Shown here: piece after piece, positions 19,711 to 30,667 of the stretch | How positions within the stretch are numbered: the first letter of the stretch is position 1 | How the letters are laid out: every line of letters starts with the position of its first letter | NCBI GenBank assembly: GCA_020073085.1 | Contig: JAIQFV010000009.1 | Location: forward strand, 124,162 to 188,161 | Direction: 5' to 3' | From: Terriglobia bacterium | GTDB taxonomy: Bacteria > Acidobacteriota > Terriglobia > JAIQFV01 | DNA: 64,000 nt | Notes under the pieces: model-generated | Told to the model about the DNA's origin: nothing | What the model saw: only the letters and a program-made list of their open reading frames with translations | The model's database searches: none | Program-made: the position numbers and the translations under genes

Positions 19711-20628
19711 TCATTTTTTCTTAAACTGCTTCATCATGGCATCGCAGTCTTTCTTCAGTTGAGCAGCTGCGTCGATCTTCTTCTTATCCCCTTTGGCTTT
19801 GAGCAGGTCGAGGCTTTCGGTGACCGTCGTATTGGTCCGATCGCAGAACATTCTAAAATTGGTCAGTTCATTCAACTGGAGCCGGTCAAACAAGACATCC
19901 TGCTCATGGAGAATCTTCGCGATGGCCAACAGGAATTCCCCTGTATCGACGGAGATCGGGCCCGCGGCAAACAGCGTTTTGGCTTTGGCCCGATCATCCG
20001 CCACTCCGGCCAGTTGCGTCAGCACGGTGAGCACCCCGTTCTTCAACTCCTCTTCCTCGTCCTTGCTTCGGTCCTCCTCGGCGATCGGCAGACCCTTTTT
20101 TACCTTTTCCAGGAAGATACGCGGCCCCGCCTCGATCTGCGGATAAACCCCCTGGTAGGATACGGGTTTGGTCTTATCCATTTTCTTGGAATAGGCATCG
20201 AACCCTTCCACGAAATTCAGGATATAGGCTTTCTGCCGCCGGTAGTAGTCAAAGGCGGTATTTCGAAAGTCATTCTTAATCCGCACATCGCGTGTCATCA
20301 TTCTGCCGTCAGCGTAGGTCTTTCCAAGCTGGCGGCAGCCTTCCGCCAACCCTCCATATATGGTCATCTGCATCAACGCCGCGCTGCCGGCGAGTTCATG
20401 GTTGGGAGTGTCGCGCAGGATTTTCGCGGTGTATTCAAGGGCTTTGTCATATTTTGCTATTGAGAAATTCTGTTTCGCCAGTTCAAATCGTCCTTCTGGC
20501 GTGGCTGGATTCGGCTGATTCGAAGTACCGGAACATGAAATTAAAAAGACAATGAACAATAGATTGATTACCAGGATGCATGCCCGCTTCTCGGCAAAAG
20601 GTTTCTCCAATTTCATCTTCGCCTCCAA
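19711..20628 (-). CDS. hypothetical lipoprotein
   Basis: Signal peptide plus lipobox (LISCSG). No recognisable domain. Confidence 0.5.
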   Translation of the reverse strand: MEAKMKLEKPFAEKRACILVINLLFIVFLISCSGTSNQPNPATPEGRFELAKQNFSIAKYDKALEYTAKILRDTPNHELAGSAALMQMTIYGGLAEGCRQLGKTYADGRMMTRDVRIKNDFRNTAFDYYRRQKAYILNFVEGFDAYSKKMDKTKPVSYQGVYPQIEAGPRIFLEKVKKGLPIAEEDRSKDEEEELKNGVLTVLTQLAGVADDRAKAKTLFAAGPISVDTGEFLLAIAKILHEQDVLFDRLQLNELTNFRMFCDRTNTTVTESLDLLKAKGDKKKIDAAAQLKKDCDAMMKQFKKK

Positions 20629-20791
20629 AACACTTCGCGTTTGTCCTCAAGGTTGAAAATGCTTTTCCAGATAGCATGGGATTGACGATCTAGGCAACCG
20701 CTCCAGCCAATCGGATGCAGGGATTAGACGGAGGGTTCAAATCCTGTTTCCGGCCTGTTCATTCCATCCAAGGCAATCGAGGTGGAGTCCT

Positions 20792-21211
20792 TCAGAGACT
20801 TGTGTCGATTGACTCCACCAACCTCTTGGCCTGAGCCCCTTTGGTATCCTTCAAATGACTGATGTACTTGTCAATTCGCTCGAGGGCACTGCGGACAGCC
20901 GCCTCGTCCTCCGCGGCCGCGAGTTGCTTGTAGTGATCCCCAATCTCACTCAACGAACCGGAAAGCAGGTTGAGATAGGTCAGGGCCTCCTTGTCATGAT
21001 AGTGCTTCTCGAACTCCTCGAGACTTTCCCCCTTCACCGTTTTCAAAAGTGCCTGCATGGATTCCTGGTAAGACTTCAAAATCTGGAAGTGAGTGGGACA
21101 GCATTCGTTCTTAACCGCTGAATAGAGTTGGAGCGAGAAACAAAGCAGAGCACAGACACCGATGAAAAGGACCAATCGTTTCATGGATACCTCCAGGTGG
21201 GACTCGCGCAT
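20792..21211 (-). CDS. hypothetical secreted protein
   Basis: Signal peptide MKRLVLFIGVCALLCFSLQLYSA. Confidence 0.45.
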   Translation of the reverse strand: MRESHLEVSMKRLVLFIGVCALLCFSLQLYSAVKNECCPTHFQILKSYQESMQALLKTVKGESLEEFEKHYHDKEALTYLNLLSGSLSEIGDHYKQLAAAEDEAAVRSALERIDKYISHLKDTKGAQAKRLVESIDTSL

Positions 21212-21284
21212 TCAGGAGTGCCTCCGCACTCGCTCTCCCAAGACGTGGTCTTATTATGAACTTTTCCGCAAGGAAAGTCGAGTG

Positions 21285-21450
21285 GAGGATAGGTGTCAGG
21301 TTCCTGGTGTCAGGTGTCAGGAAAGGCCATTAAAGACTCGCGATGTGACCAGGAAATGCTTCCTTTCTCTGACTTCAGGCCTCGCCATCAGTTCCAAGGT
21401 ATCCGAATTCGTCTTTCCGACACCTGAAACCCGACACCTGGCACCTCTCA
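21285..21450. repeat. inverted low-complexity repeat pair (tgtcagg / cctgaca arms)
   Basis: aggtgtcaggttcctggtgtcaggtgtcagg ... ccgacacctgaaacccgacacctggcacctc. Confidence 0.7.
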
Positions 21451-21672
21451 TAGCTTAAACGGATCGTACCGATAGGCGGGACATTGTTCCGCGCGCGTTT
21501 TGCCCCCACAGACGTGAAATTTCTGACGCTCTTCGATGGAAATCTCGACCGCATTACAAAAATCCGGCTCCTTGCCCAGATAAGGGTCGTCTTTGAAATG
21601 CCCTCGTCGAAATTCCTTCACGTGATGCGCGCAGTGCTCGCAGGAATACACTTGAGTCGCTACTTCAGCCAT
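21448..21672 (-). CDS. small Cys/His-rich hypothetical protein
   Basis: 74 aa: CEHCAHH...CGGK...C. Confidence 0.35.
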   Translation of the reverse strand: MAEVATQVYSCEHCAHHVKEFRRGHFKDDPYLGKEPDFCNAVEISIEERQKFHVCGGKTRAEQCPAYRYDPFKL

Positions 21673-22079
21673 GATCAGTCCGACATCCTTTTCCAGAAGA
21701 ATTGATCCTTAGCAGGAACAGAAAAGACCATATCCCTACACCAATTAAACCGCCTTCCTCTCCGGAATCTCCAATCGCCAGGGATCCATGGAGGGGCAAA
21801 CAGTCTAGCAGAATTGCGCAGTGCTCCGCATGAATTATTTGGGTCTTCCGGGAATCTGCGGGCGTCAGTGAAGGCAAAGTGTGTGCGAGGTGTTGTCCGC
21901 GGGCGCTGCTCTGAGCTATTGCGGGCCGACCTTCACGCGAAATGGCTCCTCGCAACTCCGCGGCTGCCATCGAGATTTCAAAGTGGGCCTCCGGGGTTTA
22001 AGGACGGTTGGGCTCGCCCTAAAATCAAGCCTGCCCAGGAACGACTCAGACCGTCCCCTGCCGATCCGAACCTCGCATT

Positions 22080-22376
22080 TCAGCCCTTGGGATCTCTTAC
22101 CATTACTTTCCATTGCTCCTCATCGAAGCCGAGATACAACTTCTTTCCGATCTGCACAATCGGACGCCTAATGAGATTGGGTTCCTGGACCATTAATTTC
22201 AGCGCCTCGTCAAATGCAGGCGGGGCGGTCTTCATATTCATCTTTCGAAACAACTCGTTCCTCGGATTCAGAAACAGCCGGTAATCCCGCTCGCCGATCA
22301 GTTCCCGCAGCTCTTCTGTGGAGAGCGGCTGTTTCCCCAAGTCGCGTTCAACCCTTTGCGCCTTCCTGTTTTGCAA
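22080..22376 (-). CDS. ArsC/Spx/YffB family protein
   Basis: 98 aa: ELRELIGER...LIRRPIVQIGKKLYLGFDEEQW C-terminal pattern of the ArsC-like thioredoxin-fold family. Confidence 0.65.
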   Translation of the reverse strand: MQNRKAQRVERDLGKQPLSTEELRELIGERDYRLFLNPRNELFRKMNMKTAPPAFDEALKLMVQEPNLIRRPIVQIGKKLYLGFDEEQWKVMVRDPKG

Positions 22377-22634
22377 GAAACTTCTTGCTTTTCGGCAGGT
22401 GGTTCAAGTCGACTTGAAGTAGAAGGTCATCTTTGCCATCGCATCCTCCAGGTCCGCGTGATTGAATGGTCGCCGACCTTGACCAGCCCCTCATGGTAGG
22501 CGAATTCATCCCCGGGGGCAAGTGAGGGCGGCCGGATCCCTTGGACTCTCCCCGCTCCGGCCGAATCGATTCTCATTTTCAAACCTCAATAAACTGTGTT
22601 AAATTTCTAGCCCTTTACGCGAAGCAGGGCTGGC

Positions 22635-23747
22635 ATGAGCACCCGAGCGACTCAGGCATCCACCACAAAAAACCGCCGCCTTTACATCGATTGGATGCGG
22701 GGCCTGGCCTGCCTGTTGATGTTTCAAACCCACGTCTATGATTCCTGGCTCTCGCCTTCAGCGCGCACCGGCATCTTCTTCGGGCTGTCCCAGCGGATCG
22801 GCGGCATGCCTGCTCCCATGTTCTTGTTCCTGGCGGGAGTTTCCATGGCCCTGCTCACGCAGTCCTTACGAAAGAAGGGACTGACCGTTGGAGCGAAGAT
22901 GGAAACCACGCTGAGGCGGGGCTTCAGGATTTTCCTGCTCGGCCTTGCGTTCCGGGCCCAGGAATTCATCCTCGGACTTCCCTGGGCGCCGTGGAAGGAC
23001 TTGCTCCGCGTCGATATCCTCAACACCATCGGATTGTCGCTCATGCTGATGGGGCTGGTGATTTCCATCTCCAGCACACGGAAGCAGGACTACTTATTGA
23101 CCGGCCTGGCGACGCTGGCAGTGGCGCTGGCCACTCCCCTGATCTGGTATGGCTCCTATCCCTCCTGGATCCCTTCTCTCTTCACAGACTATTTGCACGG
23201 GGGGCGCCGTCCGTGGTTCTTCCCGGTCTTTCCCTGGGTGGGATTTGCCTTCGCGGGGCTCTTTGTCGGGACCCTGATTATTTCCACCAATGAGAAATTC
23301 AAGGAATCGACGCTGACTCTCTGGTTCACGGCGGGCGGAGTGGTTTCGATCGCGGCGGGGATGATCATGGACCGTCTGCCGGTCCAACTTTATCCGGTGT
23401 ACGACTACTGGCACACTTCACCCAATTTCTTTGCGGTGAAGTTTGGGGTCTTGTTGTTGATGGTGGCGTTTTCCTACTGGTGGTGTGAATGGGTGGGGCA
23501 CCGTGGGTTCAGTTGGGTCGCCCAAATCGGTCAAACTTCATTGCTCGTGTATTGGGTGCACATCCCCTTTGTTTATGGAAGGTTCAAGTACTTCTCTCAC
23601 GACCTCTCCATCGGGGCAGCGAGCGTCGGCCTGGCGGCTGTCGCTGCATCCATGCTGCTGCTTTCGGTCCTGAAGACGCGTTACCGCGACACCGCCAGGA
23701 GCTGGGTCACGGCCACCAGGGCAAGACTAGGTGTCGCAATTCTTTAA
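22635..23747 (+). CDS. membrane acyltransferase-like protein (DUF1624 / heparan-glucosaminide N-acetyltransferase-like)
   Basis: RRLYIDWMRGLACLLMFQTHVYD N-terminus, then about 9 TM helices. Confidence 0.55.
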   Translation: MSTRATQASTTKNRRLYIDWMRGLACLLMFQTHVYDSWLSPSARTGIFFGLSQRIGGMPAPMFLFLAGVSMALLTQSLRKKGLTVGAKMETTLRRGFRIFLLGLAFRAQEFILGLPWAPWKDLLRVDILNTIGLSLMLMGLVISISSTRKQDYLLTGLATLAVALATPLIWYGSYPSWIPSLFTDYLHGGRRPWFFPVFPWVGFAFAGLFVGTLIISTNEKFKESTLTLWFTAGGVVSIAAGMIMDRLPVQLYPVYDYWHTSPNFFAVKFGVLLLMVAFSYWWCEWVGHRGFSWVAQIGQTSLLVYWVHIPFVYGRFKYFSHDLSIGAASVGLAAVAASMLLLSVLKTRYRDTARSWVTATRARLGVAIL

Positions 23748-24228
23748 ATTCCTTTTGCTCCTTTTCGCTTGGCGGCTTCAGTTCCGCTTTTCCGGTCAGA
23801 AAGGCGCTCTCATATCCCAGCGCCATGTAATAAATCGCCTTGTCGAAAAACTGGCTGACTCGATCGATTAATTCCAGGGCCTGAAACAGCTCGATGGCGT
23901 TGTCCCCAATCCCAGACCCTTTCACCTCTTTCCAAAGGTTCTCCTTCACCAGGATCAATGCGAAAATCACCTCATGCAGAGGCACTCCCTGTTCTGCGCG
24001 GCGCTCTCCAATGCCAAAGTTCTTCTTTCGGATTTCATCATCAGTCTTTTGCATGATGCAGTCGGAGAGATGTCGATAGATTTCATAGGCCCGGTCGTGC
24101 AACTCTTCCCGGGGGATGTTCTTGCAGAAAATCTGCGTGCGGGGATGTTCGTTAACAGCCTTAAGAAGACGGTCGGCCAGGACGTCAGCATTCTTCTCAA
24201 TCAGACGGACGAGTTTGAGCGCGATCAT
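23707..24228 (-). CDS. hypothetical protein
   Basis: 173-aa ORF with good coding statistics. No domain recognised. Confidence 0.45.
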   Translation of the reverse strand: MIALKLVRLIEKNADVLADRLLKAVNEHPRTQIFCKNIPREELHDRAYEIYRHLSDCIMQKTDDEIRKKNFGIGERRAEQGVPLHEVIFALILVKENLWKEVKGSGIGDNAIELFQALELIDRVSQFFDKAIYYMALGYESAFLTGKAELKPPSEKEQKEFKELRHLVLPWWP

Positions 24229-24543
24229 GGGGCCTCCTTTCGGGAGGGCTCAGCAGGTAATCGTTTCAATGAACAAATTCTCCTTTCTTGGCCTCAATTA
24301 TAAACCCTTGGGTCAGGCCAAATCAATGCGATGAATTCCAACACTCCTCGCCCCACCGCCTCATCACGTCCTCATTCAATCCGATGGGAGATAGAATTCA
24401 TCTTCCCGGAGGGCCCCCACGCTTGTTTGCCCAGGTGAACCAGGAGAACTCAAGTCTCAGGTCAAAGAGCCCACCTGCAAGGCCTGGTTCGAACGGTGTG
24501 ATCAACCGCAGTCCACCCATGAGCGTTGGGACCGGACTCCTCC

Positions 24544-25314
24544 TCAGTGGTAGGGAACGCACAATTTGAATTCCCCGTCACAGACGAAGGCCACGGACTC
24601 GATCGGTTGGTCGCTGCTGAGCACCATGCTCCCTCTCCAATCCTTCTTGTAATCCCCAATCTGAAACTGGGTCGCTTCACCGGGCTGAAGGGTCATTTCA
24701 TCGGCCGTCCATTTCTTCCCGGAGTAGTCCAGCATGTCGCAGATGACCTTGGCTTCCGCTGTCCCAATATTTCGAATAAAGATTCCAGTCTTGTTGGAGA
24801 GGGAGTCCACAACGAACGGATAACGCGCTTTCTCCGTCAGACCAGACGGCTTTATCGGGCCCTCAGTCACGACGAAGACGGGAATATTCGGATTGGCGAC
24901 GAGCGCCGGGGTGTTGAAGACGTGAACATCGACATAACCTATATCATCCTTGTTCAGGGTGGCTTTGGACAGATCCAGGGCCACCGTGAAGGTCAATTTC
25001 ATGGGCGTGGGCATCTGTGGAAGAGGGCAGGCAACCTGGTTGTCAATGAACTGGCAGGAGAGGGAGGTAACGCCCGACCAAACGGGATTCACGGTCATGA
25101 TCGAGACCTTGGTGAGGGGCGGGAAAAGCAACACCATCAGTGCGTTGGATGGGGGAATGAACACGCTGGTCGTCTCGACCTCGATCGGGTCGAGAACCAC
25201 CACTTGCCCCGCAGTGGCCGCAACACTCGAAGCTCTGACCGTAAACTGGTTCTGGGCGGTCAGGAGACCTGTCAAAAGGAGAAATGCAAGACAAAAATAG
25301 AGTCCTCTTTTCAT
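24544..25314 (-). CDS. hypothetical secreted protein
   Basis: Signal peptide MKRGLYFCLAFLLLTGLLTAQ. Confidence 0.5.
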   Translation of the reverse strand: MKRGLYFCLAFLLLTGLLTAQNQFTVRASSVAATAGQVVVLDPIEVETTSVFIPPSNALMVLLFPPLTKVSIMTVNPVWSGVTSLSCQFIDNQVACPLPQMPTPMKLTFTVALDLSKATLNKDDIGYVDVHVFNTPALVANPNIPVFVVTEGPIKPSGLTEKARYPFVVDSLSNKTGIFIRNIGTAEAKVICDMLDYSGKKWTADEMTLQPGEATQFQIGDYKKDWRGSMVLSSDQPIESVAFVCDGEFKLCVPYH

Positions 25315-25767
25315 AAAGCGCTCCTTAGGTGAAATGACTGAGTTTAGACCACAAGTTACATCAAATCGGATTTAGGACCTGGAAATTTGGGTGGCACTCC
25401 TCACGAAAGCCCCGGCATGGGCTGTGGTCTTCAGCGGGATAAGTCAACCTCACACAAGTTGGATATCAGGATTTGGGGAGCCCGCTTACTAGACACTTTC
25501 AACAAGCCTGCCACAAAAAAGGTCCCGGGCGAACAGTTCAACTGCGTATAGTTAACCACTATCGCCCCTCCAAAACAATAGAATTCTTGGAAGCTGTCGA
25601 GACTCTTTGATTATGATCTCACTTGGACTCTTTAGAAATGTCCTCTAGAGTAGGGCCTCCGAGGAGTCGATGCGACGGGGCATTTACTGATGAGCGAGAA
25701 AGAGCGATGGCAGGCAGTGGAGTTGAAGCAGATGAAAGAGAGGAAGAAATCGATCCTCCGTGGCAGG

Positions 25768-25985
25768 ATGCTCCGCGTTTGCTGCGAGGCGAGAGTGGGG
25801 GCAGCGGTGAGAGAAACCGTGATAGCCCCGCTGGCGGGGCACTCTGGTGGGGCCAGGATGGGAACAGAATCAGACCAGGCCCGGAGGGCTCAGAGAATGT
25901 AGCCCCACCTGATGCTCCGCGTTCTTTGCGGAGCGAGGGTGGGGTAGCGAGGAGAGAAAATATGAGAGCCCCGCTGGCGGAGCGA
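25768..25985. repeat. MITE-like about 115-bp structured repeat, two direct copies
   Basis: Two copies of gatgctccgcgtt..tgcgg.gcgag.gtgggg...gagagaaa..tgagagccccgctggcgg. The second copy has extended flank ggcccggagggctcagagaatgtagccccacctga. Confidence 0.75.
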
Positions 25986-26157
25986 AAGAATCCTCCGAGA
26001 CGGGCAAAATAATTCCCTGCTCTCATCATCTCTCCCGTGTATCCTCTCCGTATCGCCTTTCACAGCTCAATGCCGAATTGGCAACCATGGTGGGACTCTT
26101 TCCTTATTTACGTGGTCTTCTCAATTGGTACGCGTATATCTGGGCGTAAGGGGAATC

Positions 26158-26270
26158 CTGTCGCCCCGCAAGCGGGGCTGGGGTTTCTTCCCCGCATTCT
26201 GACCCCACCCTCCCTTCGCAAAGAACGCGAAGGTCAGGTGGGGCTACATTCTTCGGGCCCTCCGGGCCTA
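26158..26270. repeat. MITE-like about 115-bp structured repeat, inverted copy
   Basis: Its reverse complement aligns along the whole length with the 25875-25985 copy. Contains long hairpin ccccacc..gctccgc-gttctttgc-g.gagc..gggtgggg. Confidence 0.75.
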
Positions 26271-26334
26271 ACGTACCCCTTTAAATTCGTGAACGAGCTT
26301 CTATGAGGGGGATATCCTTTGAATCTGCGTACCG

Positions 26335-27351
26335 TTATCGGTTGGAAGCTTCCTGGGTATCGGAGGTGTCCCTCTTTTTAGCGCGAAGGTATTTGCCGAA
26401 AACACCATTCCAGGGCGGAATCACAATGGACACTGCGCCGTAAGCCTGGGCCTGGCAGGCCAGGCGGATGAGGGGCTTCGGCTCATCGCTATCAATGTAT
26501 CCGAATTCTCTGATCTGTTTTGATTCCCGGGGACCGACCGCAGAGAGTTTTTCCGCCCCCGCGAGGATTCCGACCCAGCATGATCCACAGGTCGCGGCAC
26601 GGCACTCGACCGGGATTGGACCTTCATCGGGAACACAGCGGGGATCGAGCGATCGATAGTCCCTCTTGTCGTTGGCTGCCGCCGTGGTAATCTGCTGAGA
26701 GGAAATCAATTTGAACTTCGCGCCTTTGTCGTTTTCGTTGAACGTGACGGTATACTCTTTTGCCTCACCGCGGAGAAAACCGAACAAGCCCTGGGAATCA
26801 TCCCGCGCCCGCGCCTTTAGAATCTTCCCCGGTTTCCTTTTGAGATGCCTCGGGCCGATCTGGACCGCTCCGGGCGCGGCACGGAAGGCGTCCATGCCCA
26901 CTTGCTGCAAGGTCATGAAAGCGACCGCGGTGATCCCGATGAGGAAAGATTCGTGGACCTTGACGCGTAGCGAAACATCTCGCGCGACATCGATGATCTG
27001 GGCCGCCAGTTCCAGGCTCTCGGGGGGTCTGCTGTCCTCGGCAAAGCCTTCCACTGCCTTCTTCACCTGTGGCCAGTATCGGTGGCCATAAAAGAATGCA
27101 TGGGACGAATCGATCTGGTCTTTCAATTCATTCCGCCCCGCCAACAAAAGCCTCTTGGCCAATTCGCCGGGGTTCTCTGCCTGTTGCATAGCTTGATGCA
27201 GCGAGAGCGGAAAAAACCTGAACCAGATCTGGGTGGCGGTTTTGTCGACAGGGTGAATTGAAGGTAGAAGCGCGGAAACAACCTCAGACCACGCCTCTTC
27301 ATCATGTTGATTCAAGAAGGCATCAAACAAGGGTTCGCTCTGTGTGTTCAT
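26335..27351 (-). CDS. hypothetical protein with C-terminal 2Fe-2S ferredoxin-like Cys motif
   Basis: CRAATCGSCWVG...LACQ CxxxxCxxC...C pattern near the C-terminus. Confidence 0.45.
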   Translation of the reverse strand: MNTQSEPLFDAFLNQHDEEAWSEVVSALLPSIHPVDKTATQIWFRFFPLSLHQAMQQAENPGELAKRLLLAGRNELKDQIDSSHAFFYGHRYWPQVKKAVEGFAEDSRPPESLELAAQIIDVARDVSLRVKVHESFLIGITAVAFMTLQQVGMDAFRAAPGAVQIGPRHLKRKPGKILKARARDDSQGLFGFLRGEAKEYTVTFNENDKGAKFKLISSQQITTAAANDKRDYRSLDPRCVPDEGPIPVECRAATCGSCWVGILAGAEKLSAVGPRESKQIREFGYIDSDEPKPLIRLACQAQAYGAVSIVIPPWNGVFGKYLRAKKRDTSDTQEASNR

Positions 27352-27473
27352 GGTTATGGGCCGGATTTTTCTTTTTCGTGTCTCTCCATCTTGAAGCGCG
27401 GATTCTCCGCCCCGGGCCTTTACCTTGAGAGCTGCGTTCTCCCCTCGGCCGGGTAAGGGGCCGGAAATATTCC

Positions 27474-27935
27474 TCAGCGCGCTTTCTTCAACAGGGCAAT
27501 CTGCCCCGCGTGATAAAGGTTATGTTGGACGGCACCGTGAAGCATAACATAGACGGTGTACCCCTTTCCAGCCACTGTTTCCTCAAGCCGCGCGTCCTCC
27601 AATTGGGAGATTTTCTGGCGCAAGCCCTGGTAACTGCCCTCCAGATCTTCGAGACACTTGGTCCATGCCTGTTTGCCGGTATCCCGGACCGCCGGCCAGT
27701 CCTCCTCAGGCGGCAGATCGGCGACGACCTCGCCTTCAAGCCGCCGCCGTACGACCTGCATCCAGGCGGATAGATGCAGCACGATTTCCCAGATGCTGTG
27801 CAATCCGCGAATAGGTTTGATGGCCGCCTTTTGGGCGGTGACTTCCGAAAGGATTTCTTTGAGCGCCGGCCCGTGCCAGGCATCCCCTTCAAACGCCCGT
27901 CTTAATTGATCGTCAATCCTCGATGTCTCAGTCAT
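27474..27935 (-). CDS. DinB-family (DinB_2 four-helix-bundle) protein
   Basis: AFEGDAWHGPALKEIL...IWEIVLHLSAWMQVV...HNLYHAGQIALL pattern. Confidence 0.7.
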   Translation of the reverse strand: MTETSRIDDQLRRAFEGDAWHGPALKEILSEVTAQKAAIKPIRGLHSIWEIVLHLSAWMQVVRRRLEGEVVADLPPEEDWPAVRDTGKQAWTKCLEDLEGSYQGLRQKISQLEDARLEETVAGKGYTVYVMLHGAVQHNLYHAGQIALLKKAR

Positions 27936-28022
27936 GCATCCCTCCTGTTTCCACATTCACCACGGCGACACAAATATGGCAGGAGCGTGCTAGGATATGC
28001 CAAATTTTCATCCGGAGGCCCT

Positions 28023-30662
28023 ATGACTCTCCCTCGTAGATTGTTGGTTGCGGTGATCGTTTCCATCATATCAGGAATGGTGCCGACTCATGCAAGTGAT
28101 AATTCAGCGGTCAAGCCGGCCCCCCGGGCAGCCCCTTCCCGGGATGCAAACGTCACCGCGTGGACACTGGCTAACGGTCTCGCGGTTGTTCACATCCGGA
28201 AGCCCTCTTCGAAAGTGCTGGCTTCGATTGTCACGATTAACGTCGGCTCCAAGGATGAAAAAAGTGAGACCAGCGGACTCTCGCATCTGCTCGAGCACAT
28301 GGTCTTCGACGGGACACAGCGGCGCAGCCGGGCTGAGATTAACGAGGGCTCCAAACGCTATGGAGGGTACGTCAACGCCACTACGCGGGCTGGATTCACG
28401 TGCTACCTCTCCATCTTCCCGTCCGAGTTCGCGGAGCTGTCACTTGACCTCCAGGGTGACATGCTCTTTCATTCCACGATTCCCTCGCAGGAACTGGAAA
28501 AGGAGCGCAAGGTTGTCATCGAGGAAATGAAGAAAGACCGCGATTCACCGGTCACCCGGGCCGCCGAATTCCACGACGAGCTGCTTTTTCAAGGGACAGC
28601 CTATGCCCGGCCCGTGCTGGGTTTTGAGCAGACCATCGCGTCGGTCCCCCGGTCGACGGTCCTCACCTACTATCAGCAGCACTATGTTCCCTCACGCATG
28701 AAAGCGATGATCATCAGCCCATTCCCGGCCTCCGAAGTCAAAAAGTGGATGGATAAGACATTTGGGACGGCCGGTTCTCCCGGCGCATCCGTGAAAGGAG
28801 CATCCCGGTGGACTTTTCCCACAGCCGGGGCGCCGCAGTACAAGGAAGAAGAGGTGCCCGCGGCCTACCTCGAGATATCCCTGCCCGCTCCAGCACTGGG
28901 GGACTCCGATTACTTCGCCTATGACCTGCTGTCGCGCTATCTCGCGGAGGGAGGGGCTTCCCCACTCCAACGGGCCCTCCGCATGGTGCGTCCGCCGCTG
29001 GTCGATAGCGTGAGCGCGGATTTGAACACGGAGGATACATTCTCAATCTGGAAAATTTCCATGGTCACACAACCCGGCCAGATTCCCGATGTGCTTGAAA
29101 GCTTGCGTCGCACCCTGCAAACCCTCGCCACCACCGGAATCCCTGCAGAGGAGATGCCCCGACTCCAGCGCCAGGTGCTTTCACAGGAAGCCATCCTGTC
29201 GGAGCAGGCCATGTACTACGGATTCCTCAAGGCGCCTTATATGAATGCCAAAGGGTACTCATTCGTCGCCACCTATCCCGAGCGGCTTCGCGGCGTCACA
29301 CCTGAGGCGGTGCGAAGAGTGGCAGAAAAATACTTCGCTAACCCGGTCTTCTTCATAACCGCCCTTGTTCCCAAGGGCAAGATTCCTCCTATCGAACCTG
29401 CAGGCGACGCCCATGCGTGGAAAAAGGAAACACTGCCCAACGGCGTGACGCTGATTGCGAAAGGGAGTGACGAATCCGATGTTTTTGCGATGAGCCTGTT
29501 CACGCGCCAGCGCTCCGCCCTCGAACCGCAGGATCTGGAAGGGATTTCTGATTTCGTTCAGCGCATGCTGCTCAAAGGCACAGCTTCCCGAAGCGAGGAG
29601 GCCATTCAAAAGGAACTGGACGATCTTTCGGCCCAAATTCAATTTGTCGACAACCCGTTCATTCCTTATGACGATGCCTGGACCACAAACCGCTTCAACT
29701 TCTTCCGCCTGGAAGCGCTGGATGAACTGCGGGGCCGTGCACTGGACTTGATGGGCGATGTGATTGCCAATGCCAACTTTCCCGACGCGCAAGTCGCCAA
29801 GGTGCGCGAGGAAATCGTCCGGCTTCAAACGCGGGAGGCCGACAATTCCTCGAAACGAGCCGTCCAGCGCCTCCATAATCTGCTCTTGGCTTCAACCCCG
29901 TACAGCCGGACGATTCTTGGAAGCGAGGGATCCATCCGAAAGATCAACCGCGAGTCGCTGATCGAACACTATAGACACATGTACGCCCCCTCCAATCTGG
30001 TGGTGATTGCCGCAGGCAAGGGAACTACCGCTGGGGTCCTGCGCGATCTCAGGTCGCGCTTCGAGAGTCTGAAGGGGGACGGTGTAAACCTTTCTGTGAC
30101 ACCTCCGACGCCTCGCACCAACTTTCTCTCGGAGAAAATTACCGTCAACAAGCAGCAGACCCAGATTGCAGCCGGGACGCTGGCGGCCGGTTGGAATTCA
30201 CCGGATGCGGCTGCCCTGCGCGTGTTGAATTCCGTCCTTTCGGAGCGGCTGGCGGTGGATCTGCGAGAAAAGCAGGGACTGGCTTACTCCGTAGGTTCGG
30301 ATCTACAGCAGGAACGCGACTACGGTTGGATCGAAGTTCGGATGGGCACGCGTGCCGAGGCCGCTGAACAAGCCCGCGAGGGGTTGCTGGCCGTGGTGCG
30401 TAAACTGGCGGGCGGCGAGATCTCGGCCGAGGAGCGCGAGCGGGCGATCAACGGCATGTGGGGCAGCCTCTTGCGCCAACGGTTGTCACGCATCGGCCAG
30501 ACTTTCTATCGCGGGATCGACGAAGTCCGCGGCTCGGGTTATGACGCCGAAGATCGATTATTGGCGTCATTGAAAGCCGTCACCCTGGAAGACCTGAGAC
30601 GCGTCGCGGGCGAGGCCTTGAATACCAATCGCTGGGTCATGGTGTCAGTGGGAAAGAATTGA
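28023..30662 (+). CDS. M16 (pitrilysin/insulinase) family zinc metallopeptidase, double-unit
   Basis: Signal peptide MTLPRRLLVAVIVSIISGMV. Inverted zinc motif HLLEHMVFDG. About 880 aa with two M16 + M16_C halves. Confidence 0.85.
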   Translation: MTLPRRLLVAVIVSIISGMVPTHASDNSAVKPAPRAAPSRDANVTAWTLANGLAVVHIRKPSSKVLASIVTINVGSKDEKSETSGLSHLLEHMVFDGTQRRSRAEINEGSKRYGGYVNATTRAGFTCYLSIFPSEFAELSLDLQGDMLFHSTIPSQELEKERKVVIEEMKKDRDSPVTRAAEFHDELLFQGTAYARPVLGFEQTIASVPRSTVLTYYQQHYVPSRMKAMIISPFPASEVKKWMDKTFGTAGSPGASVKGASRWTFPTAGAPQYKEEEVPAAYLEISLPAPALGDSDYFAYDLLSRYLAEGGASPLQRALRMVRPPLVDSVSADLNTEDTFSIWKISMVTQPGQIPDVLESLRRTLQTLATTGIPAEEMPRLQRQVLSQEAILSEQAMYYGFLKAPYMNAKGYSFVATYPERLRGVTPEAVRRVAEKYFANPVFFITALVPKGKIPPIEPAGDAHAWKKETLPNGVTLIAKGSDESDVFAMSLFTRQRSALEPQDLEGISDFVQRMLLKGTASRSEEAIQKELDDLSAQIQFVDNPFIPYDDAWTTNRFNFFRLEALDELRGRALDLMGDVIANANFPDAQVAKVREEIVRLQTREADNSSKRAVQRLHNLLLASTPYSRTILGSEGSIRKINRESLIEHYRHMYAPSNLVVIAAGKGTTAGVLRDLRSRFESLKGDGVNLSVTPPTPRTNFLSEKITVNKQQTQIAAGTLAAGWNSPDAAALRVLNSVLSERLAVDLREKQGLAYSVGSDLQQERDYGWIEVRMGTRAEAAEQAREGLLAVVRKLAGGEISAEERERAINGMWGSLLRQRLSRIGQTFYRGIDEVRGSGYDAEDRLLASLKAVTLEDLRRVAGEALNTNRWVMVSVGKN

Positions 30663-30667
30663 AGCTT

